From: a virus
Virus record (IMG/VR): IMGVR_UViG_3300017917_003637
Coordinates: 22,763-86,762 of that record
DNA: 64,000 nt
Reading direction: 5' to 3' (one strand)
The position numbers were made by a program, and so were the translations under genes. Positions within the stretch are counted from its first letter, which is position 1. Every line of letters starts with the position of its first letter. The notes beneath the pieces are model-generated. The model searched no databases and was not told the origin of the DNA. It worked only from the letters and a program-made list of their open reading frames with translations. Shown here piece after piece: positions 36,984 to 46,028 of this stretch.

Positions 36984-37039
36984 GGAGTTAACGTATATAA
37001 TATAAATATAGTAAAACTAATTTTATTTGTCAAGTGTTT

Positions 37040-37378
37040 TTATTGAAAATCTGAACCCAATTCACACAACGTTGATTGAATCTGATGCCAATAGGTGTCA
37101 GCTTGGTCTGGCATTGAATCTCCAGACATTTTTGATTTTTTAATTTGACCACTTATTTGATTCTGTTGGTGTCTTAAATTTTCTAACGGGGTGTGGATAA
37201 CTTTCATTACTTTGTGTACTGTTTGTTCATCCATTCCTTTTAAAGCACCATTGACATACATCATAGCTTCTTCATAACTATCAATAGTCATTTTATTACA
37301 CAATGTTTCCATTGTTTGATTCATTTCTTGACCATCAATAAGTTGTTCTCTAAGCAATTTTTTTATAAAACTTTTCAT
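37040..37378 (-). CDS. Hypothetical protein with MKSFIKKLLRE leader
   Basis: 112-aa ORF coupled to the upstream gene. Confidence 0.7.
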   Translation of the reverse strand: MKSFIKKLLREQLIDGQEMNQTMETLCNKMTIDSYEEAMMYVNGALKGMDEQTVHKVMKVIHTPLENLRHQQNQISGQIKKSKMSGDSMPDQADTYWHQIQSTLCELGSDFQ

Positions 37379-38781
37379 TATTGTCCTTGTCTTAATTCTA
37401 CTTGGTTTACGATATTAAATTGACAAACATTTTTAAGTGTTGTTACCTCTAAATTAGATGTTGCCAATACATCCAAGTAATAAGTGTTAGGTATAAGGCT
37501 AGCGGTATCCAATAAAAAGTAATAATAGTTGTTGGCCATTTCAATTGGTTGGAAATCTATTACAGTTAATTCAGCGTTACCTTCTTTTACGTATAATCTA
37601 TACTGTAAATCATCAATGTATTGTGTTTGTTCAACGGTGTAAGGTATTCTAGCTGAAACTATTACTCTTCTAGTGTCTCCACGTTTAATATTTTCTTGAT
37701 TTCTAATACCAGATATATTTACAGCTACTTTTTTAGGTAACATATCATTGGTACCGATATTGTAATATTCCATAGAATCCTTTACAACAAAATCCAATGA
37801 TATGTCTGGTCTAGTAACACCGTTAATAAGAATGTCTGTCCATACATCGTTGTACATTGTTTCTATATTGTTATCTGTAGGAACAATAATATCGATACTG
37901 TAAACACCCTTGGTTACATGAGTGACATCTGAAGAGGTATAAGCGCTAAAGAAATCACCATTGTAATCATATACATTTACTGATGGTATTTGGTCCAAAT
38001 TAGCTGGATTTCCAGCAAGATTTACGTAAAGGTATAGTTTGTTATTCTTATCTAAGAAAAAGTTGTTCCTATCGTCTTTAATGTGGTTTTCGTACACGGT
38101 TTCAACATATGGTTCGTAGAATGTTTGAGTATTGTTTGTAAAGAACCCAACATATTGTAATGCAGTTGTGTTAATCAACTCGTAACCTCTGGCAAAAGCG
38201 ATACCAAGACCATAGTTTGTATCTCCAGTAAGGACACCGTTAACATAATCGGTAATATCCATTTCAATGTTTTCGTTACCTTTGTCAAAATGTTGTGTTG
38301 TTACAGTAATACTTGATGGTGAACCAGAATAAACACCAGTCCCACCTGACCAATTAAAACCAGTTCTTGGATTAACCCAGTTTGATGGTTGAGTTGAATA
38401 CAGATAATCACCGCTGGCAAGTATTGGAACTTCATAATCATAACCAACACCATTATCCCAATCTTGATTTACTTTGAAAAGAATTAAATCAAACGATGAA
38501 GCTCTGTCTTTGGCTTCCATTGTGCCATTTAAAAGCCCAGTATCAAACGATGCTGTATTGGTTAGTCTAAGGGTATGTTTTAATTTTGAAAGGTCTGTAA
38601 ATGTACCGCCAGTGTACATTTCTTTTAATTTAGTTTCATCAAAATGGAAAATAAATCTACTGTATTTTTCAATACCGTCAAAACCACCATAAAATAACTC
38701 AGCAACTGGATTTAATCCAGTGTTAACGATTGAGTTACTAACTATAGTGTTATTTTTATCGAAATATGTACGTATTACCAT
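37378..38781 (-). CDS. Probable virion structural beta-sandwich protein (DNRLRE-like N-terminus)
   Basis: KNNTI...NTG...SRFIFHFD...WDNGVG...MDITDYV...YEPYVE; ATATTTAT at 38804-38797. Confidence 0.6.
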   Translation of the reverse strand: MVIRTYFDKNNTIVSNSIVNTGLNPVAELFYGGFDGIEKYSRFIFHFDETKLKEMYTGGTFTDLSKLKHTLRLTNTASFDTGLLNGTMEAKDRASSFDLILFKVNQDWDNGVGYDYEVPILASGDYLYSTQPSNWVNPRTGFNWSGGTGVYSGSPSSITVTTQHFDKGNENIEMDITDYVNGVLTGDTNYGLGIAFARGYELINTTALQYVGFFTNNTQTFYEPYVETVYENHIKDDRNNFFLDKNNKLYLYVNLAGNPANLDQIPSVNVYDYNGDFFSAYTSSDVTHVTKGVYSIDIIVPTDNNIETMYNDVWTDILINGVTRPDISLDFVVKDSMEYYNIGTNDMLPKKVAVNISGIRNQENIKRGDTRRVIVSARIPYTVEQTQYIDDLQYRLYVKEGNAELTVIDFQPIEMANNYYYFLLDTASLIPNTYYLDVLATSNLEVTTLKNVCQFNIVNQVELRQGQ

Positions 38782-38821
38782 GGTTTTGTTTTATTTATAA
38801 ATATCACAAAACTTAATAAAA

Positions 38822-39814
38822 TTAGTTAATACGAACGTTTTTAGATAACATAGTTTGTTCTAATTGAGCAGCTTGTTTAGCGAAGGTCGAAACTGAAGTC
38901 TTAGGTGACAAGTCTGTTGCCACATTTCCATTACCGTTATGCACATGTGATAAGAACGCTTCTTTAAGTAAAATAAGATAACGCAACAAAATATCACCAA
39001 ACGGTACTTGATGAGCGTTTTTTAAAATATTTTCAATTTCATCATCAGAAATAGTTACATCAGCTTTTGGTACATTGAATACTGGCGACCCACCATATGT
39101 GATAAGGTTAATCTTGTTTGAAACAATGTTTGTAACACTACCATACTTTGGTTTAGTTTGTGTTGTAGATTCTATTGGCAGTCTTACGTTGTTTCTAATT
39201 TGAATTATACCTTGAGTTTGGTTATTGAATTTTATGGCATATGGGTTTTCATTAATGTCGTTGTTGGCTTTTTCGATAAATTTTCCAGCTCTTAGTATAA
39301 TTTCATTTTTTTTCTGAGTGATATCAGTATTAAAACGACCTTGAATCGATACGTCTTCTTTATTTGGGAACACACCTTTTAAATCTGGTATGTTAGCTAC
39401 GTTAACTGGTGCTTGAAACGGTCCATAAGTAAACCCAGCCAAGGCTGTAGTCTTAGCATCATCATAGTCTAATTTTATAGGTGAAGAAATAAGAGGTCCA
39501 ATGTAAAGTCTGTCAGCATTTTCTTTTTCTCTACTGAATACAAACACAAAAACACCTTCACCAACTTTAGGTGTTATTTGAAGATGTTTTGGTAAGATAG
39601 GAATACACCATGGCAAAGCATCAACCCCTTTAGTAGTTAGCGTTTCATCATCACCACCAGTAGTGTTTGACCCTTTAACCCAAACTTTTATTCTACCGAG
39701 ACCTAACGGGTCTTCAATAGATTTAACTTCACCGTACTTTAAATAATTAAACTCGGCTTTATCATCATACATTGTGGTTATACCACGGTTTAATTTATTT
39801 GACCCTGTTATCAT
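38822..39814 (-). CDS. Baseplate hub/spike protein with gp5-type N-terminal OB fold
   Basis: GEVKSIEDPLGLGRIKV...LPWC.P...PKVGEGVFV; C-terminal HVH metal-tip motif. Confidence 0.75.
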   Translation of the reverse strand: MITGSNKLNRGITTMYDDKAEFNYLKYGEVKSIEDPLGLGRIKVWVKGSNTTGGDDETLTTKGVDALPWCIPILPKHLQITPKVGEGVFVFVFSREKENADRLYIGPLISSPIKLDYDDAKTTALAGFTYGPFQAPVNVANIPDLKGVFPNKEDVSIQGRFNTDITQKKNEIILRAGKFIEKANNDINENPYAIKFNNQTQGIIQIRNNVRLPIESTTQTKPKYGSVTNIVSNKINLITYGGSPVFNVPKADVTISDDEIENILKNAHQVPFGDILLRYLILLKEAFLSHVHNGNGNVATDLSPKTSVSTFAKQAAQLEQTMLSKNVRIN

Positions 39815-39993
39815 TTTTCCCCTTTAAGTCTTTTTAATATAATACTGTTGGCTACAGCAAATCTTTTTTCTATTTCAACCATTTTATCATAATCTTGAAG
39901 CATTTTAAGTTTAATTGCTTCATAGTCGGCTTCCATTTGTTTTATTTCAAATAGAATTTCGTTGTTTGATTTTTCTTCTAATTCTTCGTTCAT
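39811..39993 (-). CDS. Small coiled-coil protein
   Basis: 60-aa ORF with ATGA overlap. Confidence 0.65.
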   Translation of the reverse strand: MNEELEEKSNNEILFEIKQMEADYEAIKLKMLQDYDKMVEIEKRFAVANSIILKRLKGEK

Positions 39994-39996
39994 ATT

Positions 39997-40452
39997 TTAT
40001 CTAATTATACCGTCACCGATGGCAAATGATGTTGTCACACCCATTGATACTACTGGAAACCCTAAGTTACCTGTTCCTACAGTAAGTACTGGTACACCTG
40101 GTGGAATTGAAACATTTACCACTGACTCTGTTAGTATTGCATTTACGATTTCTTCAATCTGGATTAACAACATGGCTTCAGATGTATTTGGACCATCACC
40201 AAATAAATTACCAACTGGAAGACCAGCTTCAGATTGTCTAGACATAATTCTAGCCGCAATTTCCTTGGCCGAAACACCAGGTCTTAATTTAGCACCAACA
40301 GTTATAAGTGGTGGTGGTAATGGTTCGACTGGTGGGTTTGGAGTTTTAAAAGCAGATAAAATTACGTTTAACACACCGCTAATAGATGAAAGATTAAAAT
40401 TAGAGTCTTTGCTAGTATTGCTATCTGTAAATGTTTGTTTAATATCACTCAT
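39997..40452 (-). CDS. Hypothetical protein, probable baseplate/tail component
   Basis: 151 aa, Pro/Gly/Val-rich, in structural operon. Confidence 0.65.
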   Translation of the reverse strand: MSDIKQTFTDSNTSKDSNFNLSSISGVLNVILSAFKTPNPPVEPLPPPLITVGAKLRPGVSAKEIAARIMSRQSEAGLPVGNLFGDGPNTSEAMLLIQIEEIVNAILTESVVNVSIPPGVPVLTVGTGNLGFPVVSMGVTTSFAIGDGIIR

Positions 40453-41888
40453 TATAAAAACCCTTTAATCATTCTTAAGACATCTTGAGGAATACCTATA
40501 AGGCTCAACAATTGTTGTTTTTTATTTTCAAGTCTGTCAGTTATTTTAACTAGCGCGGCTTCGCCAGCTAGTTTTGTTATTTCTTTCATAGCCATTGACA
40601 TCAAAAATGTAACGACTAACGTAGTTACTTCTTTAAATAGACCAACAAATAACGCTTTATTTTGTTTTATAAAATCAACTGGTCCATTGTAATTAGCGTT
40701 TAAACCATATAGTATCTTATAATTCAATAAAAATATAACAACCACTTTAGGTGATAATATTGCATTAGAAACAGCCTTGATTAGCGATTTGACTAACTCT
40801 GTTAAAAAACCAGCTTTTATTGTTTGCTTGTCTTGAACGTTTGGGGTTTGGTCCGCTAGGTTATCCCCCATATTGTTTAAGCTTTCTTCTAAGGCATTTG
40901 CTTGGTCTGTAATGGTTTGTGACGTGTTTAGAGTCGCTGTTAAGTTTTCTAAATATTGAATTGGCATATTGGCATCAACAGTCGTTGATGTTCTAATTTT
41001 TATAATACCTTTTTTCCTATCATCAACTTGTGTTTGTATTTTTGCAATTTCTTCATTTGAAAATTCAAAATAGAAATTATCTAATTCGTTGTTAACAGCA
41101 GCATTTGTTAATTTATCTATAATCGCATTAACTTCAGCTTCTTTTTGTAATTGTTTTCTAGTTTTATTAAGTGAAAACGATATCGAACCAAAAATAGTAT
41201 CGATAATTCTGTTAACAATATCTTTAGCGTTTAATATCTCAATTGAATCTACAAAATCATTGTTAAAATCTAACAAAGACTTGTCGTCATAATTTGAATT
41301 TACGTTGAATATAAAGGAATTGTTAGCGTTACCAACACTGCTAGTTTCAAACCTAACATCTAACATGTTTTGACCATTCTTGTTTTTCCATGAATGTGTT
41401 GTTGGCCCGTTTTGAATAACACCGTATAAAAATGTGTTAAAATCTCTACTGGTTGTTAAATCTGGAGTTGTAATATCGTTGTACAACAAAGGTCCAGTTA
41501 CAGAATATGGGTCAACTTTAAGTAAATCAAAGAAGTCTATATTATCGACTTTAACAGCAACACCAGTACCTGTTGATTTTAAGAAACTAGGTATTGATGG
41601 GTTGGTACCACATGATAAGATACCCTTTAGTATGTTTTTGATAATTTTTTTTAACTCAACTTCTATCTTGGTTAAGTATTTAGTTAAAAATTCAACAACT
41701 TTTTTTATTAGCTCTTGTTGGCCAATCAAAGACTTTAACAAATCGGTTAAAAATAATATAGAATCACCACCATTATTTATAGATGGGTACGAAGAGTCTA
41801 AGCGGAATGTTGGCATTCCACTAGTTAGGGTTTTAGCCGCCCCTATTTCTCCAAAAACTTTTTGTTTTTTTGTCTTGATTCCAGCCAT
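40452..41888 (-). CDS. Hypothetical structural protein
   Basis: 478-aa coupled ORF in late operon. Confidence 0.7.
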   Translation of the reverse strand: MAGIKTKKQKVFGEIGAAKTLTSGMPTFRLDSSYPSINNGGDSILFLTDLLKSLIGQQELIKKVVEFLTKYLTKIEVELKKIIKNILKGILSCGTNPSIPSFLKSTGTGVAVKVDNIDFFDLLKVDPYSVTGPLLYNDITTPDLTTSRDFNTFLYGVIQNGPTTHSWKNKNGQNMLDVRFETSSVGNANNSFIFNVNSNYDDKSLLDFNNDFVDSIEILNAKDIVNRIIDTIFGSISFSLNKTRKQLQKEAEVNAIIDKLTNAAVNNELDNFYFEFSNEEIAKIQTQVDDRKKGIIKIRTSTTVDANMPIQYLENLTATLNTSQTITDQANALEESLNNMGDNLADQTPNVQDKQTIKAGFLTELVKSLIKAVSNAILSPKVVVIFLLNYKILYGLNANYNGPVDFIKQNKALFVGLFKEVTTLVVTFLMSMAMKEITKLAGEAALVKITDRLENKKQQLLSLIGIPQDVLRMIKGFL

Positions 41889-42277
41889 TATTCTTCTATT
41901 TCGTTGTCAATGTCTTGACCTTTTTTGAACATTTCTCTAATAGATTTAAAATCACTAAGAGACACCTTACCGTCACTTCTTTCAGCGATAGCGGCATTAG
42001 CGTCTCCTCGATTTTTAATTATATCACTTTGTAATTTAGCTATTTCAAGTTTTACTCTAATTGCAGAGTCTTTTACTTTAAGTAGATTACCTTTTTCTTT
42101 TGCTATTTTAGTCAAATCATCAACCCCGTCTGGGTTTGAACCAGTAGTAAGTTCGTTGATGGTTCTTTGAACATCGTTTATTTGTAAACAAGCATCATTA
42201 TACGTTTCTTGCATAAGACCTTCTAACGATTCATTGTCGTTTACTTTAACATCGTGTTTTCTTTTTCTTGCTGGCAT
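41888..42277 (-). CDS. Hypothetical helical protein
   Basis: 129 aa; ATATTTAT at 42301-42294. Confidence 0.7.
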   Translation of the reverse strand: MPARKRKHDVKVNDNESLEGLMQETYNDACLQINDVQRTINELTTGSNPDGVDDLTKIAKEKGNLLKVKDSAIRVKLEIAKLQSDIIKNRGDANAAIAERSDGKVSLSDFKSIREMFKKGQDIDNEIEE

Positions 42278-42301
42278 AGTTATTACTTTTATTATAAATA
42301 T

Positions 42302-43030
42302 CTATAACCCTCTTTTTGTTAGTATTTCATACAAATCTTTAAATCTTTTCATAGCAATCCTTATGTCTTTGGTTGAAAGATTTGTATAATTTCTCATTGT
42401 TTCTAAAACAGAGTTTTTATTATATTTAGAACCACCGTCGAAACCTTCAAATGCGGTTTCCCAATTTTCGAGTATGTAAATCAAAGCATGGCCTACTTTT
42501 TTTTCATTCTCATTTAGTTTTTTTTTGGGTGGTAAGTTTTCATCATCCATTTCATCTTTAATATTACTAATTAAATTTAAAATGAAATCGTCCATAACAA
42601 AACTATCGTTATCAATCACGTATGTTAAATCTTGCCTTTCTTCAAAATCTGTCATCATATCCTCATATGATGCAGTTTGTTTTAAGTATTTTTCGTCTTT
42701 GATTAATAACCCTAAAATGTAGTTTTTACTTATGGTTCCAAAGTATGAATAAGCTTTTTTTCCTCTTCCAGCTTCAAATTTATGTACTTTTGTCATCAAG
42801 AAAGAAACGGTGTCACTATGAAGTTCTTCATAAGTTTCACCCTTTCTATATAACTTGTATCTCCTGATGATTGCTTCTATCATTTTATCCAATGGCGCTT
42901 TTAAGAACTCATTGAATATATTGTTCCTTTCGTTGGTGTCGTTGGATTCTAAAAATCTAATAACTGCTTCTTCTTCTTCGGGACCAAAATACATTTCGTT
43001 TTTTCTTTTGCGTCCTCGTCTAGTAGTCAT
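42302..43030 (-). CDS. Phage sigma factor, T4 gp55-like late sigma
   Basis: Sigma region-2-like YEELHSDTVSFLMTKVHKFEAGRGKKAYSYFGTISKNY. Confidence 0.65.
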   Translation of the reverse strand: MTTRRGRKRKNEMYFGPEEEEAVIRFLESNDTNERNNIFNEFLKAPLDKMIEAIIRRYKLYRKGETYEELHSDTVSFLMTKVHKFEAGRGKKAYSYFGTISKNYILGLLIKDEKYLKQTASYEDMMTDFEERQDLTYVIDNDSFVMDDFILNLISNIKDEMDDENLPPKKKLNENEKKVGHALIYILENWETAFEGFDGGSKYNKNSVLETMRNYTNLSTKDIRIAMKRFKDLYEILTKRGL

Positions 43031-43039
43031 TTATTAGAG

Positions 43040-43828
43040 TTATACTTCATACGTTATTTTTCTGTCATTAGCAAAATAATATTCCTTTTTAGCTGTTTGT
43101 AACCACCATTTAGCTTCAACTGGATTCATATTTTCTTTGTAATTCGCGAATAACGAATTAGGTCTCTGATTTACGTGTTTGTAACCAAATTTAGGTACTG
43201 TCATAACTTTAACATCTTTGAATGTAAGTCTAAGTAAGAACTCATAAATAAATGTTAACTTAATACTTGGTTTAAGTTTACCCATTTCTTCAAAAGTTGA
43301 TTTTTTAATAACCATACCATCAATGTTAAAGTTTTGGTAAGTTAACAAAGCATTGTTATCTAACACCCCTAGTTCGTCTGAGAAACTGTTAGCCCATACC
43401 GCTTCATTGGTAAACCCAATAAATTGACCTTGGGTATCAACATCAATTACAATAGGCATAAACAAGTCTACGTTAGGGTGAGCGGCTCTATATTCAATTA
43501 CGTTCTTAAACCAAATCTTTGCATATTCATCATCATACTCAAGCATTGAAATCCATTCAGATTTAGCAACAGACACACCATAATTAACTTGTGAACAAAA
43601 ATCTGTTTCACCATCATTTTCAGCCACAGTTACAATGTCTTTTATTTCACCAAAGTCTAATTTTTTAACATGCTTTGCAGCATCAGAACCCTTAGGTACT
43701 ACAATGATTAATTCATCTGGTCTTACAATTTGAAATTCAACACTTTTAATAGCATTGTCTAGAGATTTTTTTGTCACGTCATCTAATTCGTGTACAGGTA
43801 AGATTACTGATATATTACTTTTTTCCAT
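43040..43828 (-). CDS. Glycosyltransferase family 2
   Basis: ISVILPV, NYGVSVAKSEWISMLEYDD (GT-A acidic motif). Confidence 0.8.
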   Translation of the reverse strand: MEKSNISVILPVHELDDVTKKSLDNAIKSVEFQIVRPDELIIVVPKGSDAAKHVKKLDFGEIKDIVTVAENDGETDFCSQVNYGVSVAKSEWISMLEYDDEYAKIWFKNVIEYRAAHPNVDLFMPIVIDVDTQGQFIGFTNEAVWANSFSDELGVLDNNALLTYQNFNIDGMVIKKSTFEEMGKLKPSIKLTFIYEFLLRLTFKDVKVMTVPKFGYKHVNQRPNSLFANYKENMNPVEAKWWLQTAKKEYYFANDRKITYEV

Positions 43829-43833
43829 ATTTA

Positions 43834-44982
43834 TTATACGTTTGTTGTTTCTTTTAGAGAATCTTCAAATTTCTCTAAAGTTATTTTTAATTCTGAAGTT
43901 CTATTTTCTATGATTGCATTATAAACATTAGTTGCAATTTGTTTTTGATTTTCCGCAGAATATTGACCTCTTGTTTCAGCCATACCTTCTAACAAATCAG
44001 ACGGTACCGCATCTTCCAACCAAATTTTTAAATAAGTTGCAATCAATTCAGGCATGTTTAATGTGGTATTGGTCCAAACACCGTTGTTTTTAACACTAAC
44101 TTCTCCGTTTGTTTCAACAGTTTCCATCCATTCTGGTAACATGTTAGGCATTTTACCAATTACTGGGGTGTTACATTCAATAGCTTCTAATGGGAATGTA
44201 CCGAAACCAGCTTGGTCATCAATCCATACTGCTAAACAACATTTTTCTAGTTCAGTAGCAAATTTTTCTCTAGGTAAGCCTCTTAATTCTTTAAAAGTAA
44301 CCCATTTGTAGATAGGGAATTGTAAATAGAATGATTTTGCCAATTTAGCCGCATCACCAGCGTTTCTAGTCAACACAGCAACAACTGGGATTTTAGGTTT
44401 ATTTGATGATTTAAAGTAAGAAGGGATAGATACTGGGACCACGTGAGTCATAACAGAAGGAAATAATGATTTAACATAGTTTGCTTGTTTTGTTGATGTT
44501 GTGATTACATCATTAAAGCCAAAATCAAAATCCCATCTCTTACCAATTGGTAACAGTTCTAACAAGTAATCATAACTTTGTGAAAAAACAATTTTTTTAC
44601 ATGGAAAACCTTTAACTTGGTCCATAATGTTTGAAAAGATTTCTGGGATAATAATGAAATCAGCTGGGGTAATCAATAGTTCTTGACCCTCAATAGATGC
44701 GTGTGGTAAATTAGCGTATTCTTCACCTAACCAATCAGCAATACCTTGTCCGTTTTCATCGCCTCTCAATTTGTAATCATTTTTTTCATGTAGGATACAT
44801 GCATTGTAGCCTAATTCATTTAAAATTTTCACATGTTCGTAGATATTTGCAATACCCGCTGTTGGGTTACCCTTGGTATCCAATGTGAAAAAGTACATTC
44901 TAAAGTTTTTGTTTTCTAAGTTCCCAATAACTTCTTTTAATTGGGAAATTTGTGTTTCAATTTGTTTTTTATTTTCTTCCAT
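43834..44982 (-). CDS. GT-B fold (GT4-like) glycosyltransferase
   Basis: GIANIYEHV..L...GY, IIIPEI, GFGTFPLEAIECNTPVIG. Confidence 0.7.
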   Translation of the reverse strand: MEENKKQIETQISQLKEVIGNLENKNFRMYFFTLDTKGNPTAGIANIYEHVKILNELGYNACILHEKNDYKLRGDENGQGIADWLGEEYANLPHASIEGQELLITPADFIIIPEIFSNIMDQVKGFPCKKIVFSQSYDYLLELLPIGKRWDFDFGFNDVITTSTKQANYVKSLFPSVMTHVVPVSIPSYFKSSNKPKIPVVAVLTRNAGDAAKLAKSFYLQFPIYKWVTFKELRGLPREKFATELEKCCLAVWIDDQAGFGTFPLEAIECNTPVIGKMPNMLPEWMETVETNGEVSVKNNGVWTNTTLNMPELIATYLKIWLEDAVPSDLLEGMAETRGQYSAENQKQIATNVYNAIIENRTSELKITLEKFEDSLKETTNV

Positions 44983-44995
44983 TTTAATTTTTATT

Positions 44996-45367
44996 TTATG
45001 ATGCTTCCACTAGTATTCCGTAGTGTATTAATGTGTTAAAAGCTATTTTATATGAGATACTCATCTTATCCAGTGCTCTATCTGAACCCAATTCTTCATC
45101 CATTTCATCGGTTTCGTTTAAAACAATATCAATCATTTCTCTAAACAATTCATATACCGTTTGTTGAATGTACATATCGCGCTCTCTTCTTGTTGTAACC
45201 ACCTCTGAAGTTATGGTTTTGTCTTTTTCGTCTTTAATTTCTTTAGTAACGGATTCAATAATTTCATTACCATTAGGATGGTCCATTCTAATAAGTTCAG
45301 TAAACTTATCAACGTCTAAATAATAGACAGAACCACCAAAATCTAACATACTATCATAATTCTTCAT
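44996..45367 (-). CDS. Hypothetical protein
   Basis: 123-aa ORF in operon. Confidence 0.7.
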   Translation of the reverse strand: MKNYDSMLDFGGSVYYLDVDKFTELIRMDHPNGNEIIESVTKEIKDEKDKTITSEVVTTRRERDMYIQQTVYELFREMIDIVLNETDEMDEELGSDRALDKMSISYKIAFNTLIHYGILVEAS

Positions 45368-45983
45368 AGGTTGTTGTTTTTGTGTTTAAAATACTATTTC
45401 TATAGTCTTCGTTATTTATAAAGTCTAATAATGAGTCAATTTCATAATCACCCTTAATATGAGTATTGTAAGGAGTTTTGACTCTTACGGATGTTTTACC
45501 GTTAGGTTTATTTGTTAACGCAACAGGGTTTGCTGTTATTAAAAAATCAGCGTCACCCCATTCATCTTCCATGTTTTTGACGAATCTAATTTTATCGACC
45601 AAGCAGCCAGTTTTAGATAAAAAGAAAAAGGTTGATGGGATACTCTTATCAATTTCGCGACTTACTAATTCAATTTCATGTTCTTCATCATCTTTAATAT
45701 CCATTAAAAAACGATTAAAATGAATCATAAGCCCATCTGACATCAAATCTGCATGACCAAAAATTTCTAGAGGTGCTTCTTTGTAAAGAAACGTGTTGAG
45801 TTTGTTGATGTCTTCAAACTCAAAATGGTCCATTAGATTAAGATTGGTCACATCGTGAATTTCCACTTCTTTATACTTCTTACCGTCTTTTTCTAATTCT
45901 GGTACAATGTATTTTTCATAAGTGTAAACGAATTGACCAATAAAATCTCGTAAAACCTCATTTATGCTAATAGCTATCTTCAT
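45354..45983 (-). CDS. HAD-fold 5'(3')-nucleotidase-like protein with degenerate catalytic motif
   Basis: MKIAISINEVLRD resembles HAD motif I; C-terminal TPYN. Confidence 0.55.
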   Translation of the reverse strand: MKIAISINEVLRDFIGQFVYTYEKYIVPELEKDGKKYKEVEIHDVTNLNLMDHFEFEDINKLNTFLYKEAPLEIFGHADLMSDGLMIHFNRFLMDIKDDEEHEIELVSREIDKSIPSTFFFLSKTGCLVDKIRFVKNMEDEWGDADFLITANPVALTNKPNGKTSVRVKTPYNTHIKGDYEIDSLLDFINNEDYRNSILNTKTTTYEEL

Positions 45984-46028
45984 GTGCCCAATTTACGGAC
46001 TAAATATCTATAAGTAAAGTGAAAATGT

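Larger units (their letters stand above)
35908..37000. repeat. Perfect 14-bp inverted repeat bracketing one gene
   Basis: TTATATACGTTAAC at 35908-35921 and GTTAACGTATATAA at 36987-37000. Confidence 0.8.
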
